From Lama glama (Eukaryota): a DNA stretch of 64,000 bases. The notes beneath the pieces were generated by a model. It was not told the DNA's origin and did no database searches. It saw nothing but the letters and a program-made list of their open reading frames with translations. Each line of letters begins with the position of its first letter. The stretch's first letter is position 1. The stretch covers positions 104,038,001 to 104,102,000 of the forward strand of contig CM052817.1 in the NCBI GenBank assembly GCA_028534125.1, written 5' to 3'. Of this stretch, positions 52,711-64,000 are shown piece after piece. The translations under genes were made by a program, and so were the position numbers.

Positions 52711-54371
52711 TGTGTGTATGACACCATCTCAGAATGTGGCACGTGGCACTGAGCCTGCCCTTCATAACTGGTATCTCTCTGTCTATCTGTGTTACATTCT
52801 GTGTTATTCCTCCTAGCTCAAAACTTATTTCTTATCTGTTCTAACGATTTGGGGACTAAATGATTATACTTTTAACTTCTAAAAGTTCTATTTGGTTCTT
52901 TATCAAATCTGTTTGGTAATTGATTATAGCCTGTGGTTTTCTTTCTTTCTTTTTTTCATTTATATTTTTTTCTCCTGTTTTATGTCTTTGAACATACAAC
53001 ACCTATTTCTTTTGTATGCTGCCTAATGGCTTCTGAACATGGAGTCTTCATGAGTCCGATTCTGCTGACTCTTGTTTTCATGGCCTCTTGCTCCTGCTTT
53101 GTTTCTTTTAGTGTCTCACGCTTTCTGAGTGTGAGTTCCTATTTCTTAGAAGTTAATTTATGGACCTTTTCTGAGATAGTTTCCTCTGAAGGATTGGTTT
53201 TTCCTCTTCCAGGTCTCTCAGTGAACTAAGTAATCAAGGAGCACTATAATTTAAAAGTCACTGTTGGAATTTATGAGGAATGGCTCATGATTGCTCCTAA
53301 TTATTGGCAACAAGGCAGGTGTGTGTAATTCATTGTTACACTGTGTTTAAGCCATTTGGTGTCCTAGATCTTTAGAGTGAATTTTTCCTTTCAGATCCTC
53401 TGCTTAGGAGAGGCTCCAGGCTTTGTCTCTTAACCTTTAAGTTACATGAGGCCATGAAAACATCAGTTCAGGGTTATGAGGTCGAATAGCTGCCCTCAAA
53501 ATGAAAGCTATCATCAGTGCTTCCTTTTTATTTCATACCTTCACTGAGGTTTGGCCTGAGCAATACTACTATCATAATTATTTTATTATTATTTTAAATC
53601 TTACGATGAGATTTAAAAATACGCATCGCTAAATGGTATTCAGCATTCATAATTGTTTCCAGTGGAATGGTCACTAAGTACCTGGTTGGCCAAAATGCTG
53701 GGAACAGTAGCCATCATTTTATTCTTACCCTTTTGTCATTTTGTGTGGCGTGTGTTGTTTTTAAGAGCATAAAGTTGATGTTACTTTTACTGAACCTGAG
53801 ATTTCGTGTCTCTTAATTGCGTGATCTGTCTTCTGTTATCTTGTTACATGGTCTCTGATCTTTAAAATTCTTTGCTTGGGTTAGAATTTAAAGGTTTCAA
53901 GCAGAAGGGGAGTCTCCAGCTGAATTGTGGTGGAAGTGTACGTGTCAGTTGGAGTTTTGTAATGAGAGAAGAATGAAAGAGCCCCAGCTGTCAGTGGTTG
54001 AAGTCCTATGTTCATTTTGGATCATGCTGTTTCCCTTATGTTAAAAGTAGCACATGAAAAATGATATCCTAGCCAGATTTTTTTTTCATATTAGTTACCT
54101 TCCTAAGCAATGTATTTTTTTCATAATGGATATTTTATGATCCTTCAAGTATGAAACCTTTCCTAATTTTAATATTCACATCATCAGTCTAAAACCAGAC
54201 TATAATAGTGAAATTTTAACATATGTTTCTTATGAAATAAGGCATTTGAAAAGTAAGAAAGTCTGTAGAACTTATCTGCTAACTTGGATGGCTGATGAAA
54301 TTCGCATTTCATACCACTTAACAATAATAATAAACACAATGGTAGTGGCTGTCTTAAGTAGACTATTAAGA

Positions 54372-54868
54372 GGCTCAGCCATAAAAAAGAATAAAATAAC
54401 GCCATTTACAGCAACATGGGTTGACCTGGAGATCGTCATTCTAAGTGAAATAAGCCAGAAAGAGAAAGAAAAATGCTATATGGTATCACTTATATGTGGA
54501 ATCTAAAAAAAAGACAAACGCTTGTATTTACAAAACAGAAACAGACACCACACAGACATAGAGAACAGACTCATGGTTACTGGGGGTGGGGTGGGAGGTA
54601 GGGGATGGGGGTGGGGAGAAGGATACGTTGGGAATTCAAGATTTGCAGAGACTAACTATTGTATGTAAAATAGATAAACAACAATTTCTACTGTAGAGCA
54701 AAGGAAACTATATACAATCTTGTAGTAACCTATAATGAAAAAGAATATGAAAAGGAATACATGCATGTGTATGCATGGCTGAAACATTATGCTGGACACC
54801 AGAAATTGACACAACGTTGTAAACTGACTGTACTTCAATTCAAAAAAGAAAAGAAAAGAGAAAAAGAA
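54372..54868 (+). mobile_element. 5'-truncated lineage-type L1 3' end
   Basis: Translates as SAIKKNKITPFTATWVDLEIVILSEISQKEKEK (L1 ORF2 end). The 3'UTR has a G-tract and ends actgactgtacttcaattcaaaaaagaaaag. Confidence 0.92.
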
Positions 54869-55664
54869 GGATACTAGGGTTCGGTCCTAGCTCAGCAGGA
54901 AGGATGTCTGGAAGGAGAAGTTGTATTTTTCAAAAGCATTTTACAGGCCATAACACTGACTGTCACCTAGTCAGTCACAGTGACTGTGCTCAGTGTGCTC
55001 ACGGCTCAGGGGCGGAATAAGATCCAGAGCAGAGACATGACCTGCTGAAGTCAGCAGCTCCCTGCGGCAGAGACCCGGTTTAGCTCCGAGTCTGACTCTA
55101 AGTTCACTTCTCTCTCGACTTCACTGTATTTCTTCTTAGCTTACATTTTTTTCCATGTCTAATAATTTTCCACAGAAGTGTTTCATAAATATTTCATTTA
55201 TAGCTCCTTTACACTAATTTTACGAACTTCTCTGCGCACCTTTACAAATATCACTTGGGCTAATGCAAAGCTATTTATACTGAGAATATTCTGTCATGAT
55301 TTGCAACATAAGAAAGCCCTCTTGATTACCTGGGGTGAGGAAAGTCTATCAACTACTTTACTCATCACATTTTAAAAAACCGTCGTTCAGAATAAAGTAC
55401 AGAAATGAAATCCTAATGAATTTGCTCACTTTCATTTCTTCCTTATTTGTGTCTTTTACCTGTATTGTCTATTTTAAAAAGGGAGAAACATTTATTCCAT
55501 TCAATGAAAACATCAGAATAAATTAAATTTATATGTATTTTTTCTAAATAGTTTTATTGTAGGGAAAACCATCTGTGATGATTTATGCCATTTATTTAAC
55601 AGAGATACAATCAATATTTATACCATTGCACCTAATCCCTAAATCTTAATAGTTTCAAGCTAAC

Positions 55665-55868
55665 ATTTTTTTAGCTTCAACTATGTGTGCAGTATTTAAT
55701 CCTTACATTAGCCCTGTGAGGTTAATGATTTTATTAACCATTTTGTATGAGAGCAAACTGAGACTCAGAGAGATTAAGTAATTTGGCCATAGTCCCCCAG
55801 GCAGTAGGAAAATGGACCCCAAGTCTGTTTGAATGCAGAGCCCACGTTCTCAACCACAGTGCTATACT
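55665..55868 (-). mobile_element. MIR SINE
   Basis: tttaatccttacattagccctgtgagg...aaactgagactcagagagattaagtaatttggcc...cccaagtctgtttga...ctcaaccac. Confidence 0.8.
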
Positions 55869-56036
55869 GAAATCTGAAGCACGTGAAAACTTGGCATAAA
55901 GGTGCATAAATATTTCTAGAAATCTATGTGTAACATTTCTGTCTACTGTGATTATTATTGAGACTCAGGTTTATGAAAAGTGTGTAATCATAAGTTGGCT
56001 GCTTAATTAATAACTTTTTTCCAGACTTAAAATTTA

Positions 56037-56664
56037 TTTTTTATTGAAGTATACTCAGTTATAGTGTGTCAACATCTGGTGATCAGCATAATGTTTCAGT
56101 CATACATATACATACATATATTCATTTTCATATTCTTTTTCATTACAGGTTACTACAAGAAATTGAATATAATTCCCTGTGCTATACAGAAGAAACTTTT
56201 AAATTTATTTTTATATATAGTAGTAAATATTTGCAAATCTTGAACTCTCAGTTTATCCCTTCGCACCCTCCCCTCTATACCCATAAGATTGTTTATGATG
56301 TCTGTGAGTCTCTTTTGTAGATGAGTTCATGAGTGTCTTCTTTTTTTTTCTTTCCACATATGAGTATATCATATGGTATTTTTTTTTCTCTTTCTGGCTT
56401 ACTTCACTTAGACTGACAATCTCCAGGTTCATCCATATTGCTGCAAATAACATTATTTTATTCTTTTTTATGACTGAGTGGTATTCCATTGTATAAAATA
56501 CCACAGCTTCGTTATCCAGTCGTCTGTCAATGGACATTTAAGTTGTTTCCGTGTCTTGGCTATTGTATATAGTGCTGCTGTGAACATTGGGGTGCATGTG
56601 TCTTTTACAATTAGAGTTTTCCCCATATGTATCCCCAGGAGTGGGATTGCTGGATCATATGGTA
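56037..56664 (-). mobile_element. 5'-truncated lineage-type L1 3' end
   Basis: Minus ORF PYDPAIPLLGI...KDTCTPMFTAALYTIAKT is L1 ORF2. Degenerate TSD cagac(t/g)t(a/c)aaa(t/c)tta on both sides. Confidence 0.92.
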
Positions 56665-56899
56665 CAGACGTCAAACTTATAAACATCTATGTTTAGGAAG
56701 TCAAATCATATCAAAACAATTGTCCTTAAAAATAAGATCCACAATAAAAATGAAATATAATTGTAATAGTATCTGACAAAGAGAAGAAGCAAATAAAGGA
56801 AAAAAAAATTGGCCAAATTGAGAAAAGAAACAGACAAGAACTCACACAGTTTGAGTAAAACCAACCAAAAATTAGAAAAATCTGGAAATATCAGATGAC

Positions 56900-57300
56900 A
56901 CATATTTATTGAATACTTTCTATTGGCCAGGCCCTATACCAGGTGGTAAGAATTTGCAGGTCAATAGGATATGTGTCTTTCTCTGAAGGAATTCAGTGAT
57001 TAGTGCATAAACTCATAAACAGTTAGCAATAATGAGTGCAATCAAGTTACCTAAACAATTCCAGGGTGATAGAGAAGTGATTAATTCCACATGTGGAGGG
57101 TGAGGGCAAGGGTGGGGTAGGGCAGAGGGTGGGCAGGGGATTGAGGCAGGAGTGGGATCTAAGCTAATCCTTTAAGGATGACATGGTCTGGCCAGGTGGA
57201 TATAGGCAAGAGCATTTGAAACTGACTGTAAGGAAAAGGCACAGAAGTGATGTTCCATGTTTCAGGGAACAGTGTGATGGAACAAGGAACGTTTATGATT
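56900..57300 (-). mobile_element. L2 fragment
   Basis: catatttattgaatactttctattggccaggccctatacc is an antisense L2 3' end. Confidence 0.6.
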
Positions 57301-57309
57301 GGAAGGAGT

Positions 57310-57705
57310 GTGTGTTTGTTTTCTATTGCTGGGCAGTGCATTGTCAAGAATCTGGCAGTTGAAAACTGTTTCGTCTCACAGTTTCTGTAGGACAGAAGTC
57401 CAGGCATGGCCTGGCTGGGTTTTCCCCTAAGGATCTCAATAATTTAAATCAAGGTGCCAGCCAGCCTATGTTTTCATCTAGACGCTTGACTAAGGAAAGA
57501 GCTGCTTCGGTTGTGGGCAAAATTAATTCCCTTGAGGCTGTAGCATTTGTGGTAGTTTGCTTCCTTGAAGCCAGAAACAAAAATAGAATCTCTACTTGTA
57601 ATCAGTGACTTCTAGACACCTTTAAAAAAGAGTCACCTGATTAGGTCAGGCTCACCCAGGATAATTATCCTTTTGATTAGTTGATTAGGTTCTTTAAACA
57701 ACATA
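57310..57705 (-). mobile_element. MLT1 (MaLR) LTR
   Basis: gttttctattgctg...tctcacagtttctgtaggacagaagtccaggcatgg...cacctgattaggtcaggctcacccaggataat. Confidence 0.8.
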
Positions 57706-57948
57706 CCATGGTGGGGCAATGCTAAAATCCTGGCAGGCAAGCATTAGGTAGACTCTACCCTGGAGGCAGGGAAACATAGATCCTGGTTCTACATTGCGAG
57801 AGAAATTACTTTATCCAGTTTTTCTCCAAGGACTCTTATCTCTTTCCCTGGGAAAGTATTCCTTGTCAACTGTTCTTTTTGGCAATATCTGAACTGAACG
57901 TCAGGAAAAACACACTTCCCAGGGGTTAATCAGGCTTCACAGGCTGCC

Positions 57949-58159
57949 TTTTTTTTGAGGTACAGTCAGTTTGCAATGTTGTGTCAGTTTCTGGTGTATA
58001 GCACAATTCTTCAGTCATACATGAATATGCATATATTCATTTTCCTATTCTTTTTCACCAGAAGCTACTACTAGATATTGAATATATTTCCCTGTGCTCT
58101 GCAGTATAAACTTGTTTATCTATTTTATATATACCAGTCAGTATCTGCAAATCTCAAAG
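57949..58159 (-). mobile_element. Short lineage-type L1 3'UTR fragment
   Basis: ttttttgaggtacagtcagtttgcaatgttgtgtcagtttctggtgtatagc...gtatctgcaaatctcaaa. Confidence 0.88.
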
Positions 58160-58285
58160 TTATAACTCAAGTGGCAGAGCACATGCTCAGCACCCAAGAG
58201 ATCAGAGGTTCAATCCCCAGTACCTCTTCCAAGGGGAAATCAATGAAGAAACCTAATAACCCCCGCACCCCCTCATAAAACATGA
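58160..58285 (+). mobile_element. 5'-clipped Vic-1-like SINE
   Basis: tataactcaagtggcagagcacatgctcagcacccaagagatcagaggttcaatccccagtacctc. Confidence 0.85.
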
Positions 58286-58867
58286 AAAGGTGGAGGATGA
58301 TGGGGAACAGATGGAGGAAGAGGAATTGGCAGGTATGGAAACAAATGGACCAGTCTGGCTGGGAAGAGGCTTCTTATGGGACAGTTAGATGGGATAATTT
58401 TGGAATTATTTCCTTCTTTCATTTTTTATATTCCATATATCTGGTTTAAATTTTCTCATAAGAATGCAAGCGCAAAGTTTATAGACATTCTTATTTTTAG
58501 GTGAATTTGTCCTCATCAAAACTCACTGTGACAGCCACAAAGAACAGCACTCCTCTGATTAGGTGTTGAAATATAGGAGGAATAGGGTCTGGTTTTGTCA
58601 ATGAGAACATTCATTGACTTACTTCTAAAAATGATGCCGATTAAACAAAAGTTCTAAGGATAAGAACTTGTCACTTCTGTTGGGTTTTAAATATAGCATG
58701 AAGTGCATACACATACTTTCCCCATGTGCTGCTTACGAATTTAGCCTAGTGAATGTACAACTACCAAACTCAGCGTGGCGATGACTGAAAGATGCTTCTG
58801 AGCAGTCATCCAAGAAATCATTGGGAAACCTTCTAGAATTATCGTTGAAGTTGTATTTCTTTTCACG

Positions 58868-59325
58868 TGTGTTATGAGTTGAACTATGTTCTCCTCCCCG
58901 CAAAAAATATGTTGTAGTTCTAACCCACAGTAACTCAGAATGTGACCTTATTGGGAGTTGGGATGTTGCCAGGGTAATTAATTTAAGATGAGATCAGCCT
59001 GGAGTTGGATGGGCTCCTGGTGCATATGATTTGTGTTCTCATAAGAAGATGGTCGTGGGAAGACACAAGCATCCGCGGAAAACACTGCGAGAAGACAAGG
59101 CAGAGGCGAGCTGTGTAGCTGCAAGCACGGACGGATTGCCAAAGATTACCGACAGGCCAGAAGCCGGGAGGAGGCGGGGATGACCTCGCTGAGAACTTCC
59201 GAGGGGGCGTGGCCCTGCCAACACCTGGATTCTCGGCTGCTAGAGCTGTGAGGCTATACGGTGCCGTGGTTCTAAGCCACCAGTTTGTGATATCTTGTTA
59301 TCTTCAGCCCTGAAAGCTGATGCAA
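58868..59325 (+). mobile_element. MLT1 (MaLR) LTR
   Basis: tgttatgagttgaactatg...ctcagaatgtgaccttattggga...ggccctgccaacacctgga...ctaagccaccagtttgtga. Confidence 0.88.
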
Positions 59326-59523
59326 TGTGCAATGGGAAAAAATCTGTTGCACAGAACAGTTTCCGAGACAGAGCAGTACAAATTGTTTTCACAATCTATG
59401 ATGCCTCCTCTAACTCCTTAAGGAAAATATTCGTTTTATCCTAGGTAATGTTCTGCCCAGAAGTGGTCTTTTAAAAATATTATTATAATTATCTTCACAT
59501 CAATTTAAAAACTATTGTTTTCT

Positions 59524-59675
59524 TTTTTTAAAATAATAACTTTTTTTGTTTGTTTTTTGGGGGGTAGGTAATTAGATTTATTTATTCTTTATCTGTCTAT
59601 CTATTTATTTCTAAATGGAGGTACTGGGGGTTGAACCCAGGACCTTGTGCATGCTAAGCACGTGCTCCACCCCTC
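59524..59675 (-). mobile_element. 5'-truncated Vic-1-like SINE
   Basis: ggaggtactgggggttgaacccaggaccttgtgcatgctaagcacgtgctccacccct, flanked by ttgttttct at 59515-59523 and 59676-59684. Confidence 0.88.
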
Positions 59676-59939
59676 TTGTTTTCTAAGGCTTTTTTTGTTA
59701 TTGTTGTTGATTCTTGTTTCAGTCCTTCCTATTCTTAGTATTCTTAGCATTGCTTTGATTTTTGATTTGTTAAGAAAATATAAGTCTACAAATATATAAT
59801 ATAGTATGTAAATATAGCTCACAATATCATTTTAATGATGTGCATTATATTCTGGTTTTGAAGATTTTCTGTCTATGGAAAAATGAGTAAATCTATAGGC
59901 AGGTATAAGTCGGGGGAAAAAAGAACAAATTATAGGAGT

Positions 59940-60170
59940 GACAGAGGCAGCAAAATCAGAGGAAAACACCTTAAACTAAAAGTCAAAATAATTGACTTGC
60001 AGCCTCAGCCTCGCTGCTTAGGTGCAGTATGTCCTCGAGTCATTTAATCTCTGAACAAACTTCAATGATTTCCTTTTTGTAAAATTAGTAAGATGCTGGG
60101 ATGCTTTGAAGATCAAACAAGGAAGCACATCTTTTCAGCTGATACAGTTCTCAGTGAGTTGTAAATTCTC
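59940..60170 (+). mobile_element. MIR SINE, degenerate
   Basis: gtcatttaatctctgaac...tttcctttttgtaaaattag is MIR-core-like. Confidence 0.55.
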
Positions 60171-62564
60171 TGAATGGTCCTCGGATACGTGGACCCGGGC
60201 TGGAGGACTCCTGAGTGAGGAAGGGGTGTATGTGACACTCTTAAGCCTCTTATAAAATGACAAGAATTTGACTTTTATTTTCCCCATTTTTCTATCAACC
60301 CTACTCTTCCCTATTTTCCTACTGAAGCCAGAGCTGATTTTATTTAATTAATTCAACATAGTTTCCAATGAGGCACCAGACGTTTTCTTAATGGATACTG
60401 AAGATCTAAAGACAAAGATGGAGTTGTCACAGTCTTCAGGAATTTAAGTGGATGTTTGGTGTGAGTAAAATTCATTCGGTGTTCTTGTTAAAAATGTCCC
60501 CTTGGAAGCCTCACCTCTTAGAAATTTAAGCTCAGTCGAATCTGTTTTCACAAGGACTCTAGATATTTCTGGAGTGAATTGTCCATAAGCCATTTCTTAA
60601 AAAAAATTCTGTGGTCTGAATGATCAAAAACTGATTGAAACAGGCAATTAAGTCTTTTGATAGTTCTTAATTACCTAACTAGACACTCCTGAAAAAGTAT
60701 GATTTATTACCACTAGTATATGTGACTTTGAATCACAAAAGGATGGAAACACTTTTGAGGGTGAAGTAAAACAAAGAGGAGGGTGTCATAGACACTCAGT
60801 TTGTTTTGCATGAAGAAACTCTTTTGATCAGGTCCGCAGCCTGGACCAGAACTAGTGATTGCAGAGGACAGAGGCTGGAGAACATACACTTTGCTGGGTG
60901 AAAATCTTTCTTTCAAATTCAGGACACTTAAATATCACTACATCTTTAGTAGAATGAGTGGAATTTTAATGAATTAACCAGAGTTCTTGAAATACTTGGA
61001 TATTTAAGTTCTTGGATAATGTTAATTTCATAAAAATCATGAAAATGCGTTTCTTTTGCTCCTGGAAAAAGGTTATGTTGGTTATTTGTCAGGAACAGGT
61101 GAGAGTTCAGGTGGGTTTCGGGTGTGGTCAAAGTGGAAAAGACCCAGGCTCGGAGCTGACCATCGCACTGTGTCATCAACTACTGAGATGATCAAGATGT
61201 TGACATGTCTAGGATGTTGTTTCTGCATCTGTGAAATGAGGAATAGGTGTTAATTAATTTTTAGATTTGGTTCCATTTCTAACAGATGAAATTCTACATC
61301 TGTGATTTTCAAAGCATCCATTAGCAGATTTTGCCACATAACTAGAAATGGCTTAATGACAAAACATATTTTTTTATTTGAATAGCTATTTTTTTAAGTT
61401 TATTGTTGCTGGAATTTACTCTATAAAACCATACAGAAGTACATCTAAATTATACTGTTTTTAGGGAGTATTCATTTACAGGACATTTTGCACATAGAAC
61501 CCACAATGTGTGAAATGTATAGAATTCACATTTCTGTAAGCTCCTGAGTGGCAGAAAGCAACGCAGAACAGGTAAATAGAGAAATCACACTTCTCTGGCC
61601 TGTTATAGTTCACAGAGCAATTTCTGAAAGTATCCTCTCACTTAAGGTAAACTTAGAACTTCAAAAAAGGCATGAATATGTGATGTATTTTATAAGGTTG
61701 TTGTATGTATGTATATATCAAACATGTGTTTTATCTGATGTTTTAATAGTATATGTAGTTTTAAAAATCTAAATTCAGATTCTAAAAATCAGATGATACT
61801 TTAAATGCACAAGAAGAGGAGGCTATTTAAAATAATCTGTGATGAATTTTTCTTTTTAATTTTGGTGATTTGTATGATGTATATTCTAAAAGTCAACTTC
61901 GTCTGTGGAAAGCCCTTGGCATAAAAATGAAATTTATTCCTAAGTGCTGATCTGTGAAACATCAAGCCAGTCTTCTTCAACACTGACAGAATCTTTTTGT
62001 CACACGTGGCTTGCTTGCTTTATTAACAGGAGCATCATAGGGTCTCTCTATATAGGTGATATTGTATAAATAATAGTGTTCGGCTGTTTCTCAGTATTTT
62101 CAAACTTTTAGCGTCTCATGTTTATATATTTGACTTTATCTTAAAGGTTATTTATCAACCCCACCCCGCCCCCCAGTAAGGTACTTGAGGTAGAGTTATT
62201 CCTTCTACGAACTGCTTTGGAAAGTTTTCCTTTAGTTTATAATAATGAGGGTAGTTTCTAAGTAGAGAAGCAGAGCATAGGATATGTTACAAATTAACCG
62301 ATTCGTTTTGGAAGGCTAAGGTGGTTTGAACTACTGCTTCGGTGATTGAGGGTTAGTACAATGTTTGTGTGTCTCTGTGTGTATCTCTGTGTGTGTGTTT
62401 GTATAAGGAATCAAATCATAATTTTTGCCTGTGTGCTCTCAAATTCTCTGGAAAGGAAAGGGTGAACAAGTTTTTTTCTAAAACATGTGACAAAACGTTT
62501 TTAAAAATTAAGACACCAATTTAGCTAAATAATCTCCTCTGAGTTGGTCTGGTTCCCGTTGTTT

Positions 62565-62770
62565 ATTTTACTTATCTGACTCATCAGCACCTGAAATTAC
62601 AACTTGATGTGCACACCTCTAGGTAAGTGCCTGTTTATTGTTTTGTTTCTGTCTTCCTTGCATTCACATCAGAATATAAAACCTCCATAAGGGAAGGAAT
62701 TTGCCTTCTTATTCATCATTGCAACCGCGGCCCTCAGAACAGTGCTTGGCAAATGCATGAATGAATGCAT
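62565..62770 (+). mobile_element. L2 3' end
   Basis: agaatataaaacctccataagggaagg...agaacagtgcttggc...gaatgaatg. Confidence 0.75.
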
Positions 62771-62789
62771 ACGGTTAGAATCGTATGTG

Positions 62790-63091
62790 TTTTTGATGTC
62801 TGTGAGTCTGTTTCTGGTCTATAACTTACCGCAGGGAAAAGGGGGTGGGAAGGGATAAATCGGGAGTTTGAGATTTGCAGATACTAACTACTATATATAA
62901 AATAGATAAACAACATTTCTTTTGTATAGCATAGGGAACTATATTCAATATGTTGTCATAAACTATAATGAAAAAGAATATGAAAACAAATATACTATGT
63001 GTATGTATGACTGAACTATTATGCTGTACACCAGAAATTGACACATTGTAACTGACTATACCTCAACTGAAAAAAAAATTAAAAAAAAAAA
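62790..63091 (+). mobile_element. Short lineage-type L1 3' end with 5' inversion and TSD
   Basis: Sense 3'UTR at about 62826-63068 followed by poly(A). Inverted upstream piece at 62790-62816. TSD agaatc(g/c)tatgtg at 62777-62789 and 63092-63104. Confidence 0.9.
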
Positions 63092-63854
63092 AGAATCCTA
63101 TGTGCTAACTTCTGCCCAACAAAGTGTCCACAGTCAGGTTGTGAAAGATGAGAGCCAAGAACACCTGAAGAATTGGAAGATCACGAAAGGCGCCATTTAT
63201 AACAAGTGACATAAACACTTAATGGGATTAGTGGTTAGGGAATTGAGGATGACGGGAAGTAAAACTTGGGGTGATCTAGAAAGAAGTACTCTTGGTCTCC
63301 TTTTGCTGTTTTAGACAAAAGCACAAAATGAAGTAATGTAGAAAACGTTTAGGCCAGCGCTTCATAGCAGCTCCAGTGGACGACGGAGGCCTGACGGGCT
63401 ACTTGGATGACCTTGGCAAAGGAGACGGAGCTGAGAACTTTCCAGTCAAATCCTCAAGCACAGCAAAGTTCAGAAATGGACTTGAGGGACCTCGGGTTCT
63501 CAGTGGTACTCAGTTCTTCTGAGCACGATTTCTTCCATCTGGGCCAAGTGCCCTATGGGGAATCCTGCTTCAGGGAAGGACTGTTGTTCACGACGTAGAA
63601 AGTTGATTCTGCTCTGCTTTTCAGTCTACAAATGTCATGGGTAAGCATAAAGCTCTGCCCAAGGTTGTCACCTTGTCACCATCCATAGAGGGCGTGGGTG
63701 GTTGTTTTCGTACTGTACTTTTGAACTTACAAGCAAGTGGACTTGCAGCCCATCTTTCAAAATCCACATGGAAGCATTTCTGTGATGTTTTCCTCCTTGG
63801 AATGGTCTTAGCTCCCCTGTGCATTGTTGTCTTCGGTGTTTTTGTTTTTTTTTT

Positions 63855-64000
63855 TTAATTGCTGCTCCAACAAATGATCGCACACTTACTGGCTGAAAAC
63901 AGCTTGCATTTATGATCTTACAGTTCTGGAGGTCGGAGGTCCAAAATGGGTCCTACTGGGCTAAAATCAAATGTCAGCGACATGTGTCTTCTGGAGCATC
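63855..64000 (-). mobile_element. MLT1 (MaLR) LTR, runs off the window end
   Basis: attgctgctccaacaaat...atcttacagttctggaggtcggaggtccaaaatgggtc...gggctaaaatcaa. Confidence 0.85.

Noticed and set aside
1..64000. CRISPR arrays, operons or prokaryotic defence systems
   Set aside because: The sequence is mammalian, and there is no repeat-spacer array or gene-dense region.

Overview
AT-rich, repeat-dense, non-coding mammalian DNA, most likely from a camelid (alpaca, llama or camel). The basis for that call is five copies of a tRNA-derived SINE that I recognise as Vic-1-like (GGGGAGGGTAtAGCTCAGTGGTAGAGCACATGCtTAGCATGCATGAgGTCCTGGGtTCAATCCCCAGTACCTCC), plus a recurrent lineage-type L1 3' end. I recognise no host protein-coding gene and no RNA gene. 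Every ORF I could identify is an L1 remnant, apart from one ERV env-tail-like ORF. The rest of the window is old L1M, L2 and MIR fragments, MaLR/ERVL LTRs (MLT1, MLT2, MER21-like, LTR33-like), two ERV1-type LTRs, microsatellites and a 500-N gap. A TE-poor, TAAT-rich block at about 24-29.5 kb may be conserved regulatory sequence. The sequence does not support a novel biological system. The best leads are retrotransposition structures (twin-priming inversion, young L1 with perfect TSD, L1/SINE fusion, env-like tail in an LTR), candidate CTCF sites, an unexplained GC-rich island at 29.6-30.2 kb and a few weak exon candidates. Repeat family names come from memory, not from a database search, and boundaries of old repeats are approximate.
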